From Planctomycetota bacterium (lineage in GTDB: Bacteria > Planctomycetota > Phycisphaerae > Phycisphaerales > Phycisphaeraceae), in NCBI GenBank assembly GCA_039033855.1, contig JBCCBV010000010.1:12207-76206 (forward strand): DNA of 64,000 nt, given 5' to 3'. Numbering within the stretch: the stretch's first letter is position 1; the number at the start of each line of letters is the position of its first letter. Below are positions 9,735 to 16,417 of this stretch, in pieces. The translations under genes were made by a program, and so were the position numbers. The notes under the pieces were generated by a model that worked only from the letters and a program-made list of their open reading frames with translations, was not told where the DNA came from and ran no database searches.

Positions 9735-9782
9735 CAATAATGAGAACCTGTTATTGACAACAGCCGGCAGCCGCCGATACTG
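9735..9782 (+). promoter_or_regulatory. Candidate promoter (TTGACA 9754-9759, GATACT 9776-9781) with an overlapping Fur-family-like inverted repeat
   Basis: CAATAATGAGAACCTGTTATTG has 6-bp arms CAATAA/TTATTG. It shares ATAATGAGAA and 18 of 22 aligned positions with 7606-7627. It is an AT-rich island upstream of CDS 9824-10564. Confidence 0.45.
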
Positions 9783-9823
9783 CCCCCCTTGTTCCCCTTT
9801 TTCTTTTTCCGTTGGAGAATCCC

Positions 9824-10564
9824 ATGAACCGTCTCGTCCCCACCGCTGCGCTCTGCGCCGCCTGCGCCGGAGGCTTCCAGGCCTCGGGTATCTCGTTCAA
9901 CTACACCGAAGGCCACGCCGACCTCGGCATGATCGAAGACGGCAACGAACTCGAGCCCCACTTCCACTCGGAAGACGACGCCATCATCAACGGCGTGCTG
10001 ACCCCGGACGAAGAGTTCGAGGCCGATGAAGTCGCCGTGATCGTGCCCGTCACCGTGCTGGGCACCGACTTCGGCACCTCCGATTTCCAAGACATCCCCG
10101 AGGCGCTGGGCCTGACCCAAGGCGACCAGTTCTACAACCTGTACCAGGCGCAAGCCGACGCCAACGCCACGAGCTCCCCCTGGCTCGGCCTGGGCACCGA
10201 AGAAGGCGACCCCTTGGCCTTCGTCGGCGGAACCGTAGACGTTGCGCTCACCGGCTTCACCGGCCCCGGCCAGTTCGCCCTGTGGCGCGACCTCGAAGGC
10301 GTGGTCTGGGACACCCTCGACGGGCTCGCCGCCGAGGACGAAGTCACCCTCCTGGTCGGCGGCGAAGAGCACTACCACTGGGCCTTCACCGAGACCGGCA
10401 CCTACAAGATCGAACTCACCGTCACCGGCACGCTCGTCGGCGAAACGGCCCCCGAATCCGCCTCCGGCACTTACACCTTCGTGGTCGTACCCGAGCCCAG
10501 CGTCGCCGCCATGCTCGGCCTCGGCGGCCTCGCCGCCCTGCGCCGCCGTCGTCGCCACGCCTGA
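9824..10564 (+). CDS. Secreted PEP-CTERM protein, shorter paralogue-like relative of 8485-9552 (same His motifs, no dockerin repeats)
   Basis: GGAGA RBS 5 nt before the ATG at 9824. Motifs EGHADLGMIEDGNELEPHFHSEDD and GGEEHYHWAFTETGTYKIELTV; VPEPSVAAMLGLGGLAALRRRRR tail. Confidence 0.75.
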   Translation: MNRLVPTAALCAACAGGFQASGISFNYTEGHADLGMIEDGNELEPHFHSEDDAIINGVLTPDEEFEADEVAVIVPVTVLGTDFGTSDFQDIPEALGLTQGDQFYNLYQAQADANATSSPWLGLGTEEGDPLAFVGGTVDVALTGFTGPGQFALWRDLEGVVWDTLDGLAAEDEVTLLVGGEEHYHWAFTETGTYKIELTVTGTLVGETAPESASGTYTFVVVPEPSVAAMLGLGGLAALRRRRRHA

Positions 10565-10643
10565 TCGCCGGAAACAGTCTCCGAACCAAGAGCCCTTCCA
10601 GGGCGCAGCTCGGGTCTGAGAAAACAGAATAGATCGCACGACG

Positions 10644-10705
10644 CGGCCACCGCTTCATTCTTTGCCGGCTCTGGAGGAGTCCCGGCAGAGCTGAGGCGGT
10701 GGCCG
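10644..10705 (+). terminator. Long imperfect hairpin followed by a GU-rich tract; possible terminator of the 9824-10564 transcript
   Basis: The 10-bp outer stem CGGCCACCGC/GCGGTGGCCG encloses an inner stem CTTTGCCGG/CCGGCAGAG. It is followed by TGTTGGTTTGGGTGTG. Confidence 0.35.
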
Positions 10706-10795
10706 TGTTGGTTTGGGTGTGCGGCGCGACGTGAGCCACGGGCGCCAAACAGATGTTGCAGTCGTCCCCTCCCGGCCCGAAGATGCAGCAAGTGA

Positions 10796-12415
10796 ATGGC
10801 ACTTCTGCCGGGAGGGCGCATGCACCGACACATCACGACCCCCGGCGTGCTTTGGCTCACCGTCTTCCTCGCGCTAATCGGCAGCTCCGACGGCATTACA
10901 GAAGCCGGCCCTAACGACGAGAGGGTCGTGCAGCTGTTGCCCGTCAAGCTGGCCAACGGCCGTTGGACCTACATCAACCGGGAAGGCCAGCGGGCCGTGG
11001 AAGGCGAGTACGAACACGCGTCACACTTCTTCGGCGACACGGCCATAGTCCAACTACCACGAGAGGATCGCAAGCCCGGGGAGCGGCGCCCCGCAGACGT
11101 GCAAGCCGTACTCGACAAGCACGGCAATGTCCTGTTCGAAACGCCGCACTTCCTCAAGGAACTGGGCCGCGACCTCTACGCTTTCGAAGTCTGGACAGAC
11201 GATGGCGACAGCCGCTACGAAGTCGCGCCCGTGGGCCGAGGGGTGGGAGTCACACTCCCGCCCGGGATCACGCAAGTGCACACTTTCTGGCGCGACGATG
11301 TTCTGCGTCTGTCACGCAGCCGTGAAGACATCATTGCGCTCGAGGTGGACGACCTATGGGGTTACTGGAACGTCAACAACAATGAATGGACGTTGCCCCC
11401 GCAATACGACTATGTCGACAAGCTTGTCTGGCGTGATCAGCCCTGGGCCATCGTCGGGGGAGCTCCGGGTTTCGCCCCGCCAGAAACAACGCTGATTATG
11501 TCGCTGGACGATCCCGACCTCGCCATGCCAACGCCGGAGGGCGCTCGGCGGATCACGATTCTCAACGCCGACTACCGCCTGCTTGTCTATGTGGACAACA
11601 CAATGGCGATCGCGGACAAGCATCTCGATGTCGTTGCCGGGCCGTTCGCAATGGTCGGCGAGGTCGAGCAAGACTTGGCCACAGTGTGCGACCCCGAGAC
11701 CCGCCTCTGGGGGATCTACGACTTGTCCAAGAACCAGTACGCGCGCGAGCCACAATCGAACCGTCTGTTTGGACCGTTCCACGGCCTGTGCAACTACAGG
11801 GACACGGTGAATCGAGAGAGCGGTGTGGTCGAAACCGCGGGGCAGGTGCAGATGCGGTTCCCGTGGCGGGCCGAGTCTGTGCTACGCCGTGAGGGTGAGA
11901 ACTGGCCCCGGCTGTTATGGCTCGATACCGACACGCTCCGTGTCGAGTACGACGACGAACTTGGGCCGTCGTACTACCGCCGCGACTGCTCGGTCATCCA
12001 CTTGGCCGGCACTCCACTTGAGGAGGCATTGCTGGGTCCGGACGAGCCGCCGCCACCGCAGCTCACCGAAGCCGCCGTGCTAGACACCTGGCGTGCTCGG
12101 CGGGCGGAAGGCGAAGACTTCAAGCTCTTTCGGGGGATGCGCCGGATCCGCTTCATGCCCGAAGGCAAGTGCGAAATCGTGGGGTTCCCCAACCGAGACC
12201 CCGATGATCCAGAAGTGAGCGCCTGGGGCGAGTGGGAACTCCTCGCCGACGGCTACGTCATCCGCGTGCACTTCTTCGATGACGTGCAGAGGCAGTTGCC
12301 GGGGTACGTTCGCTTGGACGTGTCCGCAAGTGAACAGGACCCCGGCCAACCGGTGCTCCTCTACCGCTGGACCGATCACGAAGGCAACGCGCACAAAACC
12401 GTGTTCCGCAAATAA
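10796..12415 (+). CDS. Hypothetical secreted protein with WG-type (KWG-like) repeats
   Basis: N-terminal hydrophobic segment VLWLTVFLALIGS. Recurrent W/Y-G motifs (GRWTYINREGQ, LWGYWNVNNNEWTLPPQYDYV, LWGIYDLSKNQYAREPQ). GC is visibly lower than in the neighbouring genes. Confidence 0.6.
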   Translation: MALLPGGRMHRHITTPGVLWLTVFLALIGSSDGITEAGPNDERVVQLLPVKLANGRWTYINREGQRAVEGEYEHASHFFGDTAIVQLPREDRKPGERRPADVQAVLDKHGNVLFETPHFLKELGRDLYAFEVWTDDGDSRYEVAPVGRGVGVTLPPGITQVHTFWRDDVLRLSRSREDIIALEVDDLWGYWNVNNNEWTLPPQYDYVDKLVWRDQPWAIVGGAPGFAPPETTLIMSLDDPDLAMPTPEGARRITILNADYRLLVYVDNTMAIADKHLDVVAGPFAMVGEVEQDLATVCDPETRLWGIYDLSKNQYAREPQSNRLFGPFHGLCNYRDTVNRESGVVETAGQVQMRFPWRAESVLRREGENWPRLLWLDTDTLRVEYDDELGPSYYRRDCSVIHLAGTPLEEALLGPDEPPPPQLTEAAVLDTWRARRAEGEDFKLFRGMRRIRFMPEGKCEIVGFPNRDPDDPEVSAWGEWELLADGYVIRVHFFDDVQRQLPGYVRLDVSASEQDPGQPVLLYRWTDHEGNAHKTVFRK

Positions 12416-12430
12416 GCCTCTATTCCGACC

Positions 12431-13630
12431 TCACACCCTTGCAGGCCTGAGCTCTTCGACCGTCTTCAGCTCGGCGAGCTTCTCGCCATCGCAGCAACCC
12501 GACGACGCGTCGCACGACGCCGGCTCGGATTGATCGACGCGCTCTGAGTCGCTTCCGGCGGAGCTACTTCCGGGGCCGGAGGCGGGGGCGGTGCTACTTC
12601 CGGGCGTGGCGGGGGTGGCGGGGGTTCCGGGGGTGGCGGAAGCCTCCACCAAATGGAACCCAGCGTCGTCGAGCATCCGGCGGACGTGCTTCGACTCCTC
12701 ACCCTTCGCGTTCAGGTAGCCGCCCAGGAACAGCGAGTTGGCGGCGTACAGCGCCATCGGCTCCAGGGCGCCCAGGTGCATCTCGCGCCCCGCGGCGATG
12801 CGCAGCTCGGCCCGGGGACACACCAGCCGGACCATGCACAAGATCCGCAGCGCGTACTGCGGCGAGAGCCCGGCCGGCCTGAGTTGTCCGCCCTCAAACG
12901 GCAAGAGGAAGTTGACCGGGATCGACGACGCCCCCAGCTCACGCAGCGCAAAGGCCAGCTCGACCAGCTCGCCCGGCTGCTCGCCCATGCCCACGATGAG
13001 CCCGCTGCACAGCTGCATGCCCGCGGCCTTGGCCGACTCGAGCGTGTTCACCCGGTCTTCGTAGGTGTGGGTGGTGCAGATCGAGGCGTAACGACCCTTG
13101 GCGGTGTTGAGGTTGTGGTTCAGCCGGTCGACGCCGGCGTCGGCCAGGATGTCGGCCTTGCCGTTATCGAGCAGCCCGCACGACACGCAGACCTCGAGCC
13201 CCGGGTGGCGGTCCTTCACGGCCCGCACCAGGCCGGCCAGACGGTTGGCGCGCGACTCGGTCGGGCCCCGGCCGGACACGACCAGGCAGTAGCGGAAGGC
13301 GCCGTTGGCGACGGCGGCGTCGGCCTCGGCCAGGACCTCGGCTTCGCTCTTGAGGCCGTAGGACTCGATCGGCACGTCGGTGCCCTTGCGCTGCGAGCAG
13401 TAGCTGCAGTCCTCGGGGCAGGCGCCGTTCTGCGCGTTGTTGAGCACGTGGGCCTGCACGCCCAGGCCGAAGTAGTGCTTGCGCACGGTGAACGCGGCGT
13501 GCAAGAGCGGCAGCAGCTCGACGTCGGGGTCCGTCAAGAGCTGTTCCGCGACTTCCGGGGAAGGCGGGGTGTCTTGCAGGGCCTGCTCGGCCAAGTCGGC
13601 GTAGAACGACAGTGCTTCGGTGGTTTGCAT
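12431..13630 (-). CDS. bioB: Biotin synthase with an unusual ~70-aa C-terminal tail
   Basis: Radical-SAM CPEDCSYCSQ motif, YCLVVSGRGP, NHNLNT, GLIVGMGE. ATG at 13630 (MQTTEALSFY...). The tail is low-complexity Pro/Ser/Thr followed by ASCDASSGCCDGEK. Confidence 0.9.
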   Translation of the reverse strand: MQTTEALSFYADLAEQALQDTPPSPEVAEQLLTDPDVELLPLLHAAFTVRKHYFGLGVQAHVLNNAQNGACPEDCSYCSQRKGTDVPIESYGLKSEAEVLAEADAAVANGAFRYCLVVSGRGPTESRANRLAGLVRAVKDRHPGLEVCVSCGLLDNGKADILADAGVDRLNHNLNTAKGRYASICTTHTYEDRVNTLESAKAAGMQLCSGLIVGMGEQPGELVELAFALRELGASSIPVNFLLPFEGGQLRPAGLSPQYALRILCMVRLVCPRAELRIAAGREMHLGALEPMALYAANSLFLGGYLNAKGEESKHVRRMLDDAGFHLVEASATPGTPATPATPGSSTAPASGPGSSSAGSDSERVDQSEPASCDASSGCCDGEKLAELKTVEELRPARV

Positions 13631-13860
13631 GGCGGTGGCCCCTTCGGATCCGGCACGGCTGGCACGGCCTTCCGCGCCGCGCATCGGGCGTCCAGCATAT
13701 CTCGGGCGGCGGCTTCCCGGGCTCCCCGGGGCGCTCCGCAGGGTGTCCGGGGGTATCATCTTCGCCTGTGAGTCCGACTCCTTCTCCTCGAACCCGGCGT
13801 CCGATCTGGAAGCAACCGGCCCGGCGTCGGCCGTGGGTCATCCCCCTGCTGGTGCTCGGC

Positions 13861-14952
13861 ATGCTGGGGTGGTCGGCATGGACGTACGCCCAAGGCGAAG
13901 GCGTCGCTCCCGCCCAGGACCCTTCGCCTGCCGTACCGGCCGCATCGTCCGTCGAAACCCCAGCCGCCCAAACCACGAGCGGTCCGACTCCCCCGGCCAC
14001 GGGCCTGAGCGACGACCCGCTCGAACGCCTGCGCACGCTCTATCAGTTTTCACCGGTGATCAACGGCGTCATCGCCGGGCTGTCGGTCCTGGCGCTGGCG
14101 CTCTTTGTGAGTTACCTGCTGACGATCAACCGCCGATCCGCGGCGCCGGCCGACCTGATGGACGAGCTCACCCGGCTGATCACGCGTGGCCGGTTCGACC
14201 AGGCCGCCGACCTCTGCGGCCGACACCGCCGGGTGCTCGCGGCGGGCGTGATCGGGCGCTGCCTCGACAACGCCGACCAAGACCCCGCAGCGCTCTTGGA
14301 CCTGATCGAAACCGAAGGCCGACGCCGAGCCGATCTGGTCTGGAACCGGATCAGCTACCTGGCCGACATCTCCAACGTCGCCCCCATGCTCGGGCTGCTG
14401 GGCACGGTCATCGGGATGATCGAAGCGTTCTTCAGCCTCGACTCCACCGGCGGCTCGCTCGCGGCGTCGAGCCTGAGCAGCGGCGTGGGCCAGGCCATGG
14501 CCACCACGATGTTCGGGCTGATGGTGGGCATCGGCGCCTTGGTGCTTTATTCAGTGGTTAAAGGGCGGGCCACGCGCACGCTGGCCGACGCCGAGGCGGC
14601 GATCCACGCCGTGGCCGACCACCTCAAACGGGCCATCGTCGAGTCGCAGGACGAGTACCCCTATGAACCCGCCGACGCCTACGCGGCGTACGCCTCGGGC
14701 ACGCAGGGCAGCGGCGTCCGCCCGGTGGTGTCGGCGTCGGGCATCAGCGCCCCGGACGACACCTCGCCCTTGCCCAGCCCGGCCGACATCGACCCAACCG
14801 CCATGACCGAGCCCGACCCCGGCGACGGCACAGGCCCCGCCACGCCGCCTGGGTCCCCAAGACCCCGCCCGAACCCGCCGCCCATCCCGCCGTCGGCGGC
14901 GCGCACCGTGCAGTCGTCGCGCAGGCGACCCGAGCGCCCCGACTACCGCTAG
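13861..14952 (+). CDS. exbB: MotA/TolQ/ExbB proton-channel family protein
   Basis: ISNVAPMLGLLGTVIGMIEAFF and GVGQAMATTMFGLMVGIGAL are the family signature. The start is uncertain (ATG at 13861 taken; the ORF is open from 13612 but would overlap the bioB start). It has a Pro-rich C-terminal tail. Confidence 0.8.
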   Translation: MLGWSAWTYAQGEGVAPAQDPSPAVPAASSVETPAAQTTSGPTPPATGLSDDPLERLRTLYQFSPVINGVIAGLSVLALALFVSYLLTINRRSAAPADLMDELTRLITRGRFDQAADLCGRHRRVLAAGVIGRCLDNADQDPAALLDLIETEGRRRADLVWNRISYLADISNVAPMLGLLGTVIGMIEAFFSLDSTGGSLAASSLSSGVGQAMATTMFGLMVGIGALVLYSVVKGRATRTLADAEAAIHAVADHLKRAIVESQDEYPYEPADAYAAYASGTQGSGVRPVVSASGISAPDDTSPLPSPADIDPTAMTEPDPGDGTGPATPPGSPRPRPNPPPIPPSAARTVQSSRRRPERPDYR

Positions 14953-14966
14953 ACGGCCGCCCCGCC

Positions 14967-15386
14967 ATGAGCTTCGCCAGCGAATCCCGCGAGCGCGTCC
15001 GACCCGTCCTGCCCCTGGCCGGCATGGTGGACGTGCTGTTCCTGCTGCTGATCTTTTTCATGACCGCCGGGGCGATGCGCGAGCGCGAGAACATCGTCGA
15101 AATCAACCCGCCCGAGTCCAGCCAGGGCGTCGACCGCACCGCGCCGGGCGTGGTCGTGGCGGCCACGGCCGACAACGAGCTGGTGCTCAACGGCCGGGTG
15201 GTCAGCCTCGCAGACCTCGAAGCGGCGCTCCGCGCCCACGGCGCCGACTCGCCGGGCGAGGCCGTCACCCTGCAAGCCGACGAGGTGTCGCACGTCGGGC
15301 TCTTTGCCAAGGTGCAAGACATCGTGATCGACGCCGGGCTGACGTTCCAATACGCCACGGTTCGGCCGGCCGATGCTCTCAACTAA
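14967..15386 (+). CDS. exbD: ExbD/TolR biopolymer transport protein
   Basis: 139 aa. The LPLAGMVDVLFLLLIFFM transmembrane motif and the size and position after exbB fit ExbD. Confidence 0.85.
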   Translation: MSFASESRERVRPVLPLAGMVDVLFLLLIFFMTAGAMRERENIVEINPPESSQGVDRTAPGVVVAATADNELVLNGRVVSLADLEAALRAHGADSPGEAVTLQADEVSHVGLFAKVQDIVIDAGLTFQYATVRPADALN

Positions 15387-15425
15387 GTCTCAACGAAACC
15401 AGAGCGTTCAAGAACCCGCAAGACG

Positions 15426-16079
15426 CTAATCGGTCGACACCAGCCGGCGTTGGTGCTCGCGGATCGTGTCGATCACCGCCGACGGCGCCGCGAGCCCGCG
15501 GACGACGATCTCCATGTCGTCCTGGCCGGCGCTCGAAATCGCCACGCACCCCACGCCCACCAGCCGTTCGACGATGCTCTGCTCGAGCTGGATGTTGCGG
15601 ATGTCGTCGTGCTGCACCTCGCTGGTCCGGCGCTCGATGATGCCGCGGACCCAAACACTCCGCTGGGTGGTGACGCGCAGCACCTCGAAGCGGGTCAAGA
15701 ACGCCATCACGCCCAGGCCGAGCGCCGCCAGCACCGCCAAGCCAACCCCCGCCCACGCCAGCACCGCCTGAGGCGTGCCTTCAAGCCGCACCATCGACAC
15801 CACCGCCACCACGGCGCCGACCAGGAACAGCCCGACCCAGCCCACGGTCCGCATGGGCGATTGGCGGAACGCCGCGGGGTGAAAGCTGGCGACCTCGCGC
15901 TCGGGCTCGTCGCCGGTCGCGGCCAGGGCCTGGCCTTCGGCCCCCACCAGCCGGGCGTCGGGCACCCGGGCCCGAAACGGCAGCTTGCAGGCGGCACAGG
16001 CCACCGGGCCGTCCAGACGCCCCTCGGGCACGCGTTGGGGCTCGGCGCAATGCGGGCAAGCGAAAGTGAACTCGGCCAT
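15426..16079 (-). CDS. Membrane protein with an N-terminal zinc ribbon and a C-terminal bacterial PH (bPH_2/YdbT-like) domain
   Basis: ATG at 16079: MAEFTFACPHCAEPQ...VACAACKLPF (CxxC...CxxC). Two TM segments follow, then RSVWVRGIIERRTSEVQHDDIRNIQLEQSIVERLVGVGCVAISSAG. Confidence 0.7.
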   Translation of the reverse strand: MAEFTFACPHCAEPQRVPEGRLDGPVACAACKLPFRARVPDARLVGAEGQALAATGDEPEREVASFHPAAFRQSPMRTVGWVGLFLVGAVVAVVSMVRLEGTPQAVLAWAGVGLAVLAALGLGVMAFLTRFEVLRVTTQRSVWVRGIIERRTSEVQHDDIRNIQLEQSIVERLVGVGCVAISSAGQDDMEIVVRGLAAPSAVIDTIREHQRRLVSTD

Positions 16080-16169
16080 GCCCGCCAACGTACCACCGTT
16101 CAGACCTGTGGTTGTGCGCGCCGCGCGGCCCGGCCCGTCCGTTAGCATGCCTCGCACCGGAGCCCCGCC

Positions 16170-16394
16170 GTGACCCAGCAGACCGAAACCGCCACCGATT
16201 ACGAAGGCCGCCCCATCGAAGTGGGCGACATCGTCCGCACCCTCGGCGGCGAGATGACCGGCACCGTGCGCGAAATCGCCTCGGAAGACGGCGAAGAGTT
16301 CGTCCGCGTCCGCCCGACCCACATGGCCGCGGGCAAGGGCGTCTGGCACTCGGCAGACCGGCTGCTGTTCACCAAACAGGGCCGTAAACGCTGA
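16170..16394 (+). CDS. Small hypothetical protein (74 aa)
   Basis: GTG start, coding-like third-position GC, sequence GRPIEVGDIVRTLGGEMTGTVREI... No family recognised. Confidence 0.4.
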   Translation: MTQQTETATDYEGRPIEVGDIVRTLGGEMTGTVREIASEDGEEFVRVRPTHMAAGKGVWHSADRLLFTKQGRKR

Positions 16395-16417
16395 CCGATC
16401 GCCGGGCGGGGTTGCGG

